DNA of 64,000 bases from Trichoplax adhaerens (GCF_000150275.1 NW_002060948.1:3671183-3735182), one strand, 5' to 3'; counted from the stretch's first letter, positions 24,001-37,595 are shown. The notes: generated by a model from the sequence alone, not told the origin. Translations and numbers: made by a program.

Positions 24001-26164
24001 TTATTCTATCCATGGATGATGTACAAAGCATAAGAAAATTGCAATTACAATAATTATCTTTCAAATGGCGCTCTTGTAGTCAGTCATACGCTACCAACGA
24101 TCCAATCGAACCACTACAGTACTGCAGAAAAAAAATTGTTGTTCTTACTATCGCTGCTGTCAGTACATCATTTCTTAAACTTGATCAATTCAACTCTATC
24201 ATGAAGAGAGTTGAACGATTATACACTTATTAAAATGTTTATGATACCAGACCAAACTGATTGACTTATTCAATTTGTATCAAATTTATTAAGGTTGTCG
24301 ACATCATGAGAGTAAATGTCGATAAAGTTTTGGAACGTGATCAGAAATTATCCGAATTGGACAACAGAGCTGGTAAGGATATGCTTCTTCTTATTCTATA
24401 TATATCTATAACGTAGAAAGAGAGAAGCGTCGATACGAGTAAGAGCAGATATCCATGGCGAGTTGAAACAGTCTACCCCCGATTTTCCTGTCATGAAACA
24501 CTTTTCTTCAAATCACCTATATATTCTTATATTTTTGAATGCGCTTTCAGGCATGCCATCACATTGTCCTACAATATTCTGGTCTTGATGATAGATATGG
24601 CGTTATGGAGAAATGATTAGCATCATTTTTCCCTATCTTGTAGTCAATTATCTCTTCTATAGCGTAATTATACTATATGGTGAGTATATACACTACCGTT
24701 GACGATCAACTCGCTAGTAAGAAATGAAGATTAGCTAAATTAGCTTTTTTAATTGTGAAGCTACTACAAGGAATAATGTATTTAGATACCAAACATAGAG
24801 CAGCAGTGATTGAACAGTACTCGACTTGAGATTCGCTTCTACCGTCTAATTTCTACATCACAATATACCTATACACTTTATTTCCGTTGTCTGTGAAAGT
24901 GTGCCTGTGGACGAGAGATGATAGAGCTCTACTATACCATTCTTTTTACTATTTCTAGCTTGTATTACTTTTTTAACCTGTATATTTCATAAATTAGGAA
25001 ATCATACGGTGATGTACAATTAATTTTCTTGTTCTAATATACCGTACTGTATACACTACGTCAAAGTTTTCCCCTCTCATATTAGTATATCGATAACGCT
25101 ATAAATTTTTTAATTTATAGCGGGTGCTTATGCAATCGTATGCAGAGCAATCAAACTTTAGAAATATGCACCTTATCATTGATCAAACCTTCTGTCATAA
25201 TTGTTTACAATCGATGAAATCATAATATTAGTTCTTACCGTATAATCGTCAAAGTAAATGTTACGTGTTTGATGTTTTATGTTACAGTTGTAGATGTATA
25301 GAAATTAGCTTTTTTAACAATTCTGAATGAATGATCACACTGTAGTGATACCGATAGTGTGTTGCTAATAGTAGTCATAACACACTCTAGCTAGTGCAGA
25401 ACATATTTAGCGCAAAGATTGAATTTTCCCCCTGATTGATCAAATAATATCATTCATACGTGTATCCACCCCATGCGTATATCCTCCCCCCTTCTGAGCG
25501 ATTTTTCAAGGAATCCATGAATGTAAATCAATCGCGCTTCATTTTGTAATCAATACCAAATTCACATTAAAGCTCAATGATTGATATTTATTCACTAATA
25601 AAACCCACACTTTGCTACCTATCACAATATACAGATGCGCTACAAGCTGGAGCTTCACAATTTGAACATAGCGCTCATAAATTGAAACAGAAATATTGGT
25701 GGAAAAACATGAAGGTTAATTGAAGAAAAATTGATTATAATATTATTAGCCTATAGACTTAGTAATGGAAATGTAGCTATTGTACTATTTAGCAATGATT
25801 ATTCTAATTTAAAATGATATTAAATACTCCGTCGTAAGATAACTCCACTTTCATCATCGATGCAATATCAATGCAATAATGTATTCTTCTTCTTTTTTCT
25901 AGATGATGATTTTGCTTGTAGCAGTCATCCTTATAATCCTCATTGCGATTGTCAGTACGTTCTGTAATATATTCATGCATCGTATTATTCTAATCTCTAT
26001 CATAAGCGAATTGTAAGATAGCTACAAGAATGGAGATCGATTGAATACAAAATTATACAAGAGTGATTATTATTTAAATGATCATTAGGACCAATCCTTT
26101 GATACTAATTTCTCTTATTTACATTCCTTAATTTGCTTTAGTTTGGGTAGCTACAAAGAAATAG
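21020..26164 (+). CDS. VAMP2: Synaptobrevin / VAMP1-3-like R-SNARE, 98 aa, 6 coding exons
   Basis: Exons 21020-21039, 22524-22566, 24294-24372, 25635-25714, 25903-25954, 26142-26164 give [98 protein letters not shown]. The paralogue number is nominal (co-orthologous to VAMP1/2/3). Confidence 0.95.
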
Positions 26165-28049
26165 CCAAACAACAATGATCAACATTGATTACAATCAACT
26201 TTCGACTCCATTGATTGTATTTCATGCATTTCATGATATTTAGAATCAAATTTCTGAATTGTTATTATGCGTAGTCACTATTACATATCCATCAAAAAAT
26301 TATAGACTCGTTATATTTAATGTTATAAATATAGCTTCCCGGTTTTTATGACCCATATCATTATCGCATGCATTAGCGTGTGCTAACTAGAATTTATCGT
26401 TGCTTTTAGATTCTTGTAATGTAGCATAAAAGAAACTCTCTATATATTTGTCTCTAAACTAGTTGTATCAATTTTAGGGATTAGCTTTAAGTTCAATTAT
26501 TATTATTATTATTATTTAAGCCATATTTAAAAATTAATACCACGTGCTGCCATAAATCATCCATTATTATTACATGTATCCCAATTTTCAGTAACAGAAA
26601 CTGAATATGCATATACTAGTACTACTTGAAAAAAAAGATATTGTGTATGTGTACTATCTAATATAGTCTAGCATTAATAGTAGGTGATTGATTTGAACAT
26701 GATTAATCCTATACAGTATTTACCAATAGAGGTATCCCTATTTTAATAGGAGTTAATTAGTGTGCATTATTATAGCATAAGCCATCATTTCCGATTATTC
26801 TAGTGGAGTAATTGTTGACCCGATCGACGGATGCTCCAGTCTTACTTGATAGTTTTATCTATAGCATATTTAATCAAAGAATTCTATGAAATATATTATC
26901 TCTTCCTGAGCGCTATGACACTACGCCATTAATTCCTACGCAGAGGATTTACAAGGATCAATCCAATAAGGTAACCGAGATGGATTAAGTGCCTTTTTTG
27001 GATAGATCTTTATGGATAAAATGCTCACCTTTGATTAACACCCGAAAAATGATGTAGTGATGTCTTATCAATGAAATTAATGGATGTACGTATGTTATTT
27101 ATATAGCAATCTATAGAATACTTATCGAGATAAAACCGAATATGCCGTAGCTGTGAACGGGGTTGTCTGTTCATGATACGTGAATACATGTAAAATTAAA
27201 AGCAATTGAACAATTTCTCTCTTGTCATGATCCTTCGAGTAGAATTGAACGGTATTAGTAATGACTATTTGCCAAATTGCAGGATACTGTAATAGTGTTG
27301 GAACTGAATTGATTCGATCAGTTGGCCATTGCCTACCATAATGGTAATACTATCGATATGATTGGATTTTCCAAGCAGTATTGCTACTAATAGTACATGG
27401 ATAATAACTAGTTTCACTCAGCTACATAACTTAATTGATTAATATACTGATCGCCATACACACGCAAAATAGTGTCAATTCAACGCTCTTCTAGGAGTAT
27501 CGATTTCAATAGTACTTGACTTAAATAATTGTAGAAATGCAGTTCAATGCTATTGCAAAGTACTTGACGATATACATCAAAATGGAGAAGGACATCAATC
27601 AATTTATACACATGTAGCAATTAATCTAGCAATTACTTTCAACAAGACATTCTAAAATTGTTGTTGTTGTAATGATGATCTTTACGGAAGTTAGAATGCT
27701 ACATTATGCTATTTTCGTATACTGCTGCAGCGTTCTTTCTTCCACGTCACTTCCTTGAGCTTTTCTTTCATCCAAGACTATAAAAATCTCTTTCAATAAC
27801 TGTCGATTCCACCTAGACTCCAATGGACGACTAAATTACATTATTCGCTCGGATAACATTCCATTTTTATGGTGTTTGTAAGTATGTAAGAGATCAAAGG
27901 AGCGGATTTTAAATTTGCCATTACGATGCCAAAAAAAAACAGCGTGCTATCGAAAGAAAGAAGGTAGAGAATGGCTCTGTGCCATTGAATATAAATACCA
28001 GTAAGTACAAAAACTGATGAATATATCAAACATTGGTCTGTACTTTCCT

Positions 28050-28372
28050 TAAATAAACTGACAAAAATGGGCGCAGCGAAAAACTAGTTCGAGTTCGATT
28101 AGCAAACTTTGAAAGTAAAATTTTCTTTCTTTCAATAAAATTGACAAAAATCGGCGTGGCTAAAACGAGCTCGAGTACGATTAGCAAACTTGGAAAGTTG
28201 AATGTTCTTTCTTTCAATCAATTGACAAAAATCGGCGTGACTAAAACGAGCTCGAGTACGATTAGCAAACTTGGAAAGTTGAATGTTCTTTCTTTCAATA
28301 AACTGACAAAAATCGGCGTTGCTAAAACGAGTTCGAGTACGATTTAACAAACTTTGAAAGTAAAAAATGTTT
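28050..28372. repeat. Minisatellite, about 4 copies of an 81-bp unit
   Basis: TGACAAAAATCGGCGT.(G/A)CTAAAACGAG.TCGAGTACGATTAGCAAACTT.GAAAGT at about 28059, 28142, 28223, 28304. Confidence 0.95.
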
Positions 28373-29567
28373 TCAACTGCATGACAATTCCCCCAATGGT
28401 AGATCCTGGACATCAGCATACTACTAATCATGATGATATCAACTGCAATACCAATTACTCCTTTCACCCTATTATCAATATAGTATTCAATACTCAACAA
28501 ATTCGATCAATTAGGATGCTGACTACTGTTTTAATTGATCAAATGGTGATGACTTCGTTCTGCTGTATTGTAGTTATTTCAGTAGTAGTATAAAGCTTAT
28601 CGTACAAAAATAGAGGTATCGAAAATGGAAACTTCTCGCAATAGTGAAGGCACCTCTGGATTGAAAGCAACTACTTGGCAGTTGAAATTGGAGCACGTCT
28701 AACTTGACTACAGACTAAAATACTGTACATAATTTTATTGTTAGTAAATTAGCAAGGCCAGACTTTACCCTATAGGTCAATCAATGAATACTACTGACTG
28801 TATTGAGAATTGAGCAATGCAAATACTTGCATCTTGAAGTCTTTCAATGGAGTCCTTTTATTTACAATACGCTTGCAAACATTTCGTCAAGAAAAGAATC
28901 ATGCAATGTTAACAGGTCATGTTCAATATTATAGTTATATACAGAAAAAGGGAAAGTGTATTCCATCGAAAGGTTGCTCGAACACAATCATGTACATAAT
29001 CGTCCTAATGTAGCAATAAATTGACGACTGTAACAAAAAAGGTCAATTGGTAAACACTGACGGTTATGCAAAACTCTCGATTGAATTATTTTGTACACCA
29101 ATAGTTACTACGGTCGAATAATATCAAATATTCTACTTAACCAACTTCCTACTGCATAAATTTCAACACTAACCATTAGCCATGTTAATCCATATTTCTA
29201 CACAAAGTACATCTAATATACATTTACGCGTACATGTTATAGCTATTGAACTGGCAACTATTCAACGAATTGCAATACAATTTTATAGACATTCATCCTG
29301 CAATACTTGTATGGGGTGATTTGATAAAAAAAAATAATAATTATGATAGAATAGAGGTAAATAGGGTTCATTTGTCAGCATGGCATACAATCAAGATTCC
29401 AACGTTAGCAAAAAGCCCATATAATACTCTACTCCAAAGGAAGATAGCTCTACGCGTTATTCTATGCATTGAGCAGAATCTTCAATTCTCTTTTTGATAG
29501 CATACGCGTAGATGATTGCATTGGCCATCAGGGTAGATAGGATGATGAAGACTACATCGATTCTGAA

Positions 29568-31025
29568 CTATTTTCTTTTCTTACTTGGTGCCATTTGGTA
29601 ACTATTGGCATTTTTATTGCCAGAATGTTGTGTACAACTAGGGCAGATCCAGTTACCAGATGGAATGCTATCCAGTCCGACGCAAAATGTATGATAGCCT
29701 CGATCACAACGATCGCAAAACATCATCTTATCCTCGTCATAAGGATCGCTGCATGCTGTGCACGTTTTGCAATCCATGCATTGCCAATGGTAGGTTTGAA
29801 TGACCTTGACCATTTCAGGCGTTAATTCAAGGCACGTTGGATGTGTTAAGCTGCCACATTGTGAACATTTAATCAATTCTTCAATCTCGCCTAAATCATT
29901 GACATATTCGCTAGCAAAGCATACACCGCATGAATTGGTTGATACTGTTTTATTGGCAGCTAGCTTTCCTCTGGCGTTGCCGATGTGATCACTACTGGAG
30001 TTACGACTAAGACCATTTTGACTGGTTTTGAGAGGTGTGTGGATCAATTCTTGTGGCTGATTACGAGATCGATCACTATCCATCGTTTTATTGCTATAAT
30101 TGGACGCAGCAGAGAAGGTCTGGTTGCTATCCTCTTCATGGTTGGATTCAGTTGAATTATGGTCAGGATGGGAGTTAGTATTGGGATCAAATGGTAGTTT
30201 TAAGACAGTTTTGACAGGCATAGCTTTGAGTTGTTCAGGTGTATATCGATAGAAAGAGTCAGAATATTGGCCAGAAAGAATAGCAACAGGATAGCCACCT
30301 TTTCGAGTGTAATCGGGATGTAGTCTTAACGTTGTGTTGGCGGGTACATGAACTCGCTGTGTTTGTATATCGAAATAGCAGCCACGTTCTTCTCGACGCT
30401 CCTTAGCTAATTGACTATTAAATTCAGCAGCATGATAGACTGCTTCATTAAAAATAACTTGCTGTTTGCTGAGATTACTTAAATTATTAGCCGATGACGT
30501 TTGACGTCGTGGTTTCTCTGCCGCCCGACTGGAAGACATGGGTGCAGCAATTTTGCTGGATTTTGCATATTCTCGATATCGATCAGGATATTCATTTTGC
30601 ATCACTTCAATAAGCTTAAAATTACATTGGATAGCAACTATTTTAGCAAGAGGTTTATTGTCTAATAATCCAATCTCTCTGAGATGTTGGCGTTCTTTAA
30701 GGCCAATTCGACGTCGATTTAAGGATAAATAGCGCTGATGAAAAGTAGGTTCATCTAGAAATCGGCTTAACAACGATTGCAATGCATAGTAATTGCCACT
30801 GGATGGTGGCCATTGATACTCAAAGAAAGGTAATTTTACTTTACGATTGCTTTTTTTAGCTTCTTTCCTACTGGCTTTGCGATTAGCCTTTCCATGCATC
30901 GTCGTTGTATTTTGATTGCTGGTTGTCTTGTCGCTCGATCGCTGAGACGATGCTAGGTCGGCTTTCTTCTTGGCAAGGACTTTATTGCGGTTTTTCCGAC
31001 TGGATTTTCGGTAGGAGAGTGTCAT
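29568..31025 (-). CDS. PHF10: PHF10/BAF45a-like PBAF subunit (SAY-like region plus C-terminal double PHD finger), single coding exon, ~485 aa
   Basis: FEYQWPPSSGNYYALQ..SRFL....F...Y..L.RR....KER..LREIG resembles the PHF10 N-terminal conserved region; GGYPVAILSGQYSDSFYRYTPEQLK; tandem PHD CGVC...CSQC...HPTC...WQCMDCKTCTAC...MMFCDRCDRGYHTFCVGL..IPSGNWICPSC. First ATG at 31023-31025. Confidence 0.9.
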   Translation of the reverse strand: MTLSYRKSSRKNRNKVLAKKKADLASSQRSSDKTTSNQNTTTMHGKANRKASRKEAKKSNRKVKLPFFEYQWPPSSGNYYALQSLLSRFLDEPTFHQRYLSLNRRRIGLKERQHLREIGLLDNKPLAKIVAIQCNFKLIEVMQNEYPDRYREYAKSSKIAAPMSSSRAAEKPRRQTSSANNLSNLSKQQVIFNEAVYHAAEFNSQLAKERREERGCYFDIQTQRVHVPANTTLRLHPDYTRKGGYPVAILSGQYSDSFYRYTPEQLKAMPVKTVLKLPFDPNTNSHPDHNSTESNHEEDSNQTFSAASNYSNKTMDSDRSRNQPQELIHTPLKTSQNGLSRNSSSDHIGNARGKLAANKTVSTNSCGVCFASEYVNDLGEIEELIKCSQCGSLTHPTCLELTPEMVKVIQTYHWQCMDCKTCTACSDPYDEDKMMFCDRCDRGYHTFCVGLDSIPSGNWICPSCTQHSGNKNANSYQMAPSKKRK

Positions 31026-32036
31026 TATCAAGCTATGCACAGTATTGAGTCAATTCTTGACACAATAGAGAGATGAAAGAGTCAAGTGATGAATAAGGAA
31101 AGGAATACAACTGGTTTCTCCTCGACTTTTAGCCTTGCTTCTGCTTTAAATGGAGGATTTGCAGTCATCGAAAGCCTTCCAACTCCACTCAGGGCTAAGG
31201 CTAGTGTCTGCTCTTTTTGGGCGACTCGACTACTTGCACGCTATGATTGTCTACACGCTGGTCAAAAGCTACTGCTTGGCAGGGGTATACGGTACCCATT
31301 ACTGGGGGACCTTCGTCGTGGACTCATGGTCCATCAGCAGAGTGCCGTCATTCCGTCAGTCGGTGCACTCGCGGAATGGACAGAGTTGCCTCCATTTCCA
31401 TCATGTTAATATACAAACTAGTGGATGGTAAAAGAAGCGTGTTTTAGCCTTGTTATAGTCGGTGTACTGTACAGGCTAGCCATTGGACTCCGACAACAAC
31501 AACAAGACTAAAGCAGCTCACTGTAAACTTTGCAACCGATCTATTTACTGTAGAAATGAACCCAGGTCATGGATTTGTCTCATGTGACTGTGTACTTGAG
31601 GTCGATCCCTTTGCAGTGAGAGTTCCCGCATTTTAAACGCCATGAGCAATAAGCACCTGATTGAATCCTATTCCTATTTCAATCTTACAATTTCGTGTTA
31701 GAACAAGCACTGCTAGATGAAGGAATTCTTGGTGTACCATGTTGTAAACACCTGTATATTTTGCACATTTCCGGCTGGCCGGTGGTCGTCCAAAAGCAAA
31801 AGCATACAGGGACAGTCCGACCATTTAGTACTACTCTGGACCTGCAGTACAGCACAAGCCTGTCAATGCACGGTACATTGCACAAGTGCTCCATGCAGTA
31901 CTTTACTAGTAGAATGCGAACTCCAATTTGCATGATCAATGGATCATTCATTCGATAGTGGTGAAAAATGGAAAGAAACTTGGTCTAAACAAATTGATTT
32001 TCCTGCACTTTGGATAGGGTTGAAAAGGGAGGCTTG

Positions 32037-32585
32037 CAAGATCAATCAATCTATCTATCTGTCCGTCCTGCAGCACAGCGTGCATGCGCAGTATGCAGTA
32101 TGCGCTGCCTACGGGTACGGTACGCAGAGGTACCGCAACGGTACTGGTATTACACTCATGTCGAAGTGCAGTACTCAGTCACTATAGTAGCCAATGGTTG
32201 CAAGAGTCTGTGGTTTAGTACACTAGTCGTCAACCTATGCATTCGTATAGGGAGATCAGCGTGGATGCAGTGTTGACTCCAAGCTTGCGCTAGAAATCCT
32301 ATTGACAACCATTACAAGATCGATCAGTCTGTCCGTCTATCCCACACTACAGCGTGCATGCGCAATATGAAGCAGACGCTGCCTACAGGTACGGTACGCG
32401 GAGGTACCGCAACGGTACTGGTATTACACTCATGTCGAAGTACAGTTTTCAGTCACTATGGTAGGTAATGGTTGCAGGAGTCTGTAGTTTAGTACACTAG
32501 TCGTCAACCTATGCATTCGTATAGGGAGATCAGCGTGGATGCAGTATTGACCCCAAACTTGCGCTATAAAATCCTATTAACAACA
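32037..32585. repeat. Tandem duplication of about 275 bp in the PHF10/TMEM222 divergent promoter
   Basis: Near-identical CAGCGTGCATGCGCA...GGTACGGTACGC.GAGGTACCGCAACGGTACTGGTATTACACTCATGTCGAAGT...CACTAGTCGTCAACCTATGCATTCGTATAGGGAGATCAGCGTGGATGCAGT at about 32037-32310 and 32316-32585. Confidence 0.95.
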
Positions 32586-32674
32586 ATCGACGGCAGCCAT
32601 TGCCAATCCACCAAATCAATCTTGGAATTAAACCATCGCTGGAGAACCAGTTGGAATTATTACAACATCGTTAT

Positions 32675-34719
32675 ATGGAAACTGAAACCTTGACTGTAGT
32701 CATGCCTAATCGTCAAGACTTTGAAAAATTAGATATTAGCAAGAGTCGCTTTCCATATTGTATCGTTTGGACACCTATCCCCTTGTTGACGTAAGTCTTG
32801 CCAATGGAGGAGACGATGGATATCAATATCCATCAACACTGATGACAATCCCCTTGTTGAGTAAGAGGGAAATAATGCGTTCTACAAGTGAACCAATAGA
32901 CAATCCATTCGGTTATTTGAATTAGGAGAAGATGATATAGCGTCAATGGTAGTTTAAGTCTAGGCAGAAATTGCATCAAGTCCATTAGTCTAATCCAATT
33001 GATCTCACAAATCGATTACGGTATCAAGTTAGGCCCAAAAGATGCGATAGGCTCCATCTTTGCGCGAGTCGAGAGTGATCCAATAGTAAAATTGAATAAG
33101 GATAAAGCACCATGGGCCAAGATGGACACCATGATGAATAAATCATTCTTTTTTGTTGTTGTTATTATTCATTAAAGATCGAATGCAAACATCATCAAAT
33201 GATTCGTCATACTATACGAGTTATACGAGTACGGAGTAACCTATTTGTAGGCCTAATGTTGCTATTGATGATGTTGTTTATACGCCGACTGCACGCGTAG
33301 TACTATTTTCATAGCGTCAATAAAATAACCCCAGTTGTAATCTTTATCCTTGCTCTTTCTCATCAATAATAAGTAAAGTCGATGACGCTACACGTATGAC
33401 TACCAGCCTAATGTTTTAACTTCTTTCGCCATGCAATTTGTAGATGGCTCTTTCCCTTCATTGGTCATATGGGAATTGCTGTATCATCTGGAGTGATTCG
33501 AGATTTTGCTGGACCATACTACGTTTCTGTAAGTTGAATCCACTCCATCGTCCACCATTGATAATAGTTTACATGAATTGCTTTAAACAAGATTCATCCA
33601 TAAAATACTAGGACTAGAAAGTAAACCATTGCACGAACTAAAAAATGCGCATATCCATTTTTTATAAAGATTTGCATAATCATCCAATTGATCGACTAAC
33701 GATAATGCACACCTAAATACCAACCTATCTCTAATATAGTCTATTATAATTATTGAAATGATAGGAAGATAACATGGCCTTTGGTAAACCGACTAAGTAA
33801 GTTGCGATACTCTGTAAAGGTAAAATGCTGCCTCACGCACCATAAGCATTCAACGATGGTAAATCTATTTTCATTTAGATATTGGCGATTGAAGCCGACT
33901 GGTGTTGCCCACGCCCATAACAACTGGGATAAAGCAATAGCGATTGCATCTGAGGAATATGGCCGTAGAATGGTAAGGAATGACCATCTGTAACTCTACA
34001 TTTTTAAAAATTATACACAGTATGATTTTAAATTCAAAAAGAAAATGAAATCGATTTGATCGTATACATAAACAATAGTACAACTTATTGATTTATTTCT
34101 ATCTTAATTCTGTAATTCTGATTATAACTATCATATAGCACAATCTATGTTGTGATAACTGTCATTCCCATGTTGCAATGGCCTTAAATCTAATGGAATA
34201 TAATGGATCACAGAACTGGAACATGGTTAAATTAGCTTTTTTTATGCTTGTTTATGGCAAGTATGTTAGGTAAGCTATTGTCGAATTAAAATATTAATCG
34301 GATACAGCCTGTGTACAGACTAGCTAATAAGAGTAGAATGAATTTCACATTGCGTGCTTACATTGCCTTTCGTAAAATTCAGTTCTTGCACGCTATCGAC
34401 GATCTTATCTGCTAATAAACGTCTGCATTACATATACTCAGTGTATACTCAAGTCTACGTTATATTATAATACCATCACCAAATAGTCTTAGTTTATGCG
34501 ATACTAGCAATGAACTAATTATATATATTATATACGAGTATATATGAGAAGAAAAGTAAACTTTAAGCAAATTAACCATGTATTGTGTTTATGACGTATG
34601 CGCCTGTTTATAACCATCTCAGCGTTGGAGGATTCTTGAAAACATGGCTACCGTTCCTAATCTTTGCTTCAATCATTACGACGATTGTCCTTTGTGTCAA
34701 GTTTCTAGCTCCACAATAA
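32675..34719 (+). CDS. TMEM222: TMEM222 (RTE1/DUF778 family), 6 coding exons
   Basis: RFPYCIVWTPIPLLT|WLFPFIGHMGIAVSSGVIRDFAGPYYVS|EDNMAFGKPTK|YWRL...WDKAIAIASEEYGRRM|HNLCCDNCHSHVAMALNLMEY...WNMVKLAFFMLVYGKYVS|VGGFLKTWLPF. Confidence 0.95.
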
Positions 34720-35811
34720 TGTCGCATCGACAGCATGTAATAGAATAAAAGATCTGTAATGACAGTTTGGCTAATAATATCTTAAAGTTACGATCGAAGG
34801 TACTCTATTATCATGGCTTGATGTGACTAATGTTATGATATTTAAAACATGAACACTGTACAGCTTGTTAAAATGATTTTACTCGTCACTGTAAAGGCTC
34901 GATTGTATTTGTTCAACAAACTACGATCTCAAGTATAGCAGTTCGAAATTTTATGATTGTTAATTGTATGTTTCGATCAAAGTTAATTATACCTTCTATA
35001 GCTTTATCTCAAATTGTAATGTATTCCTCTATAACTCATAGCATAATACATGTACATGTCGTCATGCACAATTTCGCGATTCATCAAATACCGCATAGTA
35101 GTCTATATCAAAACCTAACGACTATAAAAGATTAACAAGTACAATTTACAATTAGTTCTCAGTCAATTTGATAATCAATTTAAAACGCTCGCATTTTATT
35201 GTTCAAGTCAAATTTTCTATTTCACATTTTAATCCATAAAATCATAGTGTATTACATCGAAATGCAAATGGGAATAAAATGTTTTTGGGCTTAATACCAA
35301 AATATATGTATGACTACTTATTCTATGTAGCATTAACATAAGCATTTATCTAGATTTGGAATATTTGTCTACCTGAAAATATGTATTACTATTGACAGTA
35401 ACGGCGCAATACTAAGAGCAATTGCATTTATTGCCAGTTTACTTACCCATTCATAGGTAGACAGTTAGCTATACTTAAACAACTAAATAATTTTCACATA
35501 AAATACGTATTTGCAAAATGATCATTTCAATTTTGTTAGAGCAACAGTTATGCCATAGACTGAAATAATATCGTAACATCGATTCTAAAAATTGAACGTA
35601 CGGCCATACCGTACGTTCCTTGCACAACTACTGTAGAACTACTGTTCGCTTAATCTGCCTATACTATAGCTAGTAAAATCCGATAAATGTATGATCTGAA
35701 ATAAATAACTGGGATATATCGCAGCGCATTTCTTGAACTGATGTGCAATTAATAATGAATACATGTACTAAGTTGCGAACAGATTGGTGTAATGTATAAA
35801 GCCAATTCTTT

Positions 35812-37595
35812 TTAAACTTTGACTTCGCCTGATTTATCATCCACAACATCAGCCTGTAATTCATCATCGGATTCATCGGAATGATCACTATTATTTTTCA
35901 TACTAAACTTTGCAACAGCTTCTCTGACATCCTCTGGAATATCTGATTTCTCTTTCTTGCTAGAATCATCATTTCCCGTTAAATTACACTTTTCCTGTGA
36001 AATGTCTACTTTTTCTGATTCTGAATGGCAAAGATAGTTATTTTTTACTAAGCTCTCTTTGACAACTTCAGGAAAATTTAGCTCTGATATCATTTCCAGT
36101 TTGGAAGGTCCTAAAGACCGACGGATATTAATTTTGCACATCTGACTAAGCGGCATTGGGGAGCCTATTAACAGAATTAACTCAATTAAGGTCAATGCCT
36201 TAAAGCAGTACTGATCTCATAGCATTGTCATTATTGATGTTAAAACTACTATTATCTATCCAAATTAAATTTAAAATGAACTTACCATTAACTGATTGTA
36301 CGATATTTTTCAAGAATGCAAATCTTTTTAAGTGTTCTCTAGTAGCGAATGGTCGATTATATTGTTGATCGACTAAATCTATCACCGTACTACCAGCATT
36401 ATCGGGTACATTCACAGGTGCACCATATGAAAGCAACATTTGTACTAAGTCTTCACATTCTTGGCCGCTAGCAATAACTACGCAGAAAAATGAATAAGCA
36501 CATGTTATACGGGGATGTTAAGATAATTACTGTAGATGTAATATCTTTGTAAAGGCTTTAAAATTGTTGGCAAAAGTAAATGTTATGATATACATTAATA
36601 TGACGATAGATGATGAGTCAACTAGGTCAGCATAAAATCAAAATTTTAAAAAAATACAAATTAACAGATCATTAGAAAAAGAATTGATGGAGCCATCCAA
36701 AAATTAAAATACGTACTTTCATGCAATGGTGTCCGTCCAGTACTATTCTTAATAGCAACGTCAGCACCAGCATCCAATAACATTTGTACGCATTCCAAAT
36801 TTAGACATTTACAACATGCATGCAACGGAGATTCTGCTTGAACTTTACTAACAATGTTACCAGCAGCCCCATGATCAATTAGTAATCGAAGTAAATCAGC
36901 ACTGCCTTTCTGTGCTGCTAGAAGCAATGGTGTCTGTCCCCAAGATTCAACTGCATTAATATCAGCACCAAACTTTAATAGCAACCTTGCGCAATCGGAT
37001 TTCTCAAAATAGGCAGCATTATGTAGCGGAGTACAACCAAACCTGCAATAAAGGTAAATACGCGTATAATGATTACGACTACTGCTATTAGTAGGCAGCC
37101 GAAAAAACAGCATTGACTTAGATGTTCTGATCTGTAGACCTTGTTATTTGTTGTTCTACAGTACCTTGTTCGTGCATCTACTTTACATCCATTATTTAAA
37201 AGTACTTCAACACATGATGCTCGTCCGTGATAAACAGCTAAATGCAAGGGGGATAATCCATTTACTTCCTTAGCGTTAGGGTTAGCACCTATGCAAGATA
37301 ATATGAAAGGAATAGAAATAAATACATTCCAATTATATGGTTGATCAAATGAAATTAGTCGAAGAAACTATTTCTTGATAGCAGTTGACACAATACTTAG
37401 CGCAAATAATTTACCTGCTTGAAGCAATATCTTCACACAATCAGCGCCGCCAGAACTTGCAGCTAAATGTAACGGAGTTCGCTTAGTTTCTGGTTCATGG
37501 ATATTAGCAGAAATTTTTTTATCAAACAGTAGCCACTTTAGATCGTCTTCACGTCCTTCGCGTGCTGCGTATATTAAAGATTGTTTGCAACCCAT
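35812..37595 (-). CDS. Ankyrin repeat and SOCS box protein (ASB family), about 5 exons
   Basis: Multiple ankyrin repeats (TPLHLAASSG, SPLHLAVYHG, TPLHNAAY, TPLLLAAQKG, SPLHACC, TPLHE) followed by a SOCS box SPMPLSQMCKINIRRSLG...ISELNFPEVVKESL and an acidic tail. Confidence 0.88.

Noticed and set aside
27700-28600. Possible minus-strand gene (exon-like RPLESRWNRQLLKEIF...; ORF 28132-28500)
   Set aside because: The ORF is largely the 81-bp repeat and no coherent exon chain or homology could be supported.
31105-31115. GTATTCCTTT as a U12 donor upstream of PHF10
   Set aside because: It deviates from GTATCCTT, no matching branch site was seen, and no upstream coding exon is needed.
29595-31447. 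Plus-strand ORFs overlapping PHF10 and its upstream region
   Set aside because: Antisense shadows without recognisable domains.
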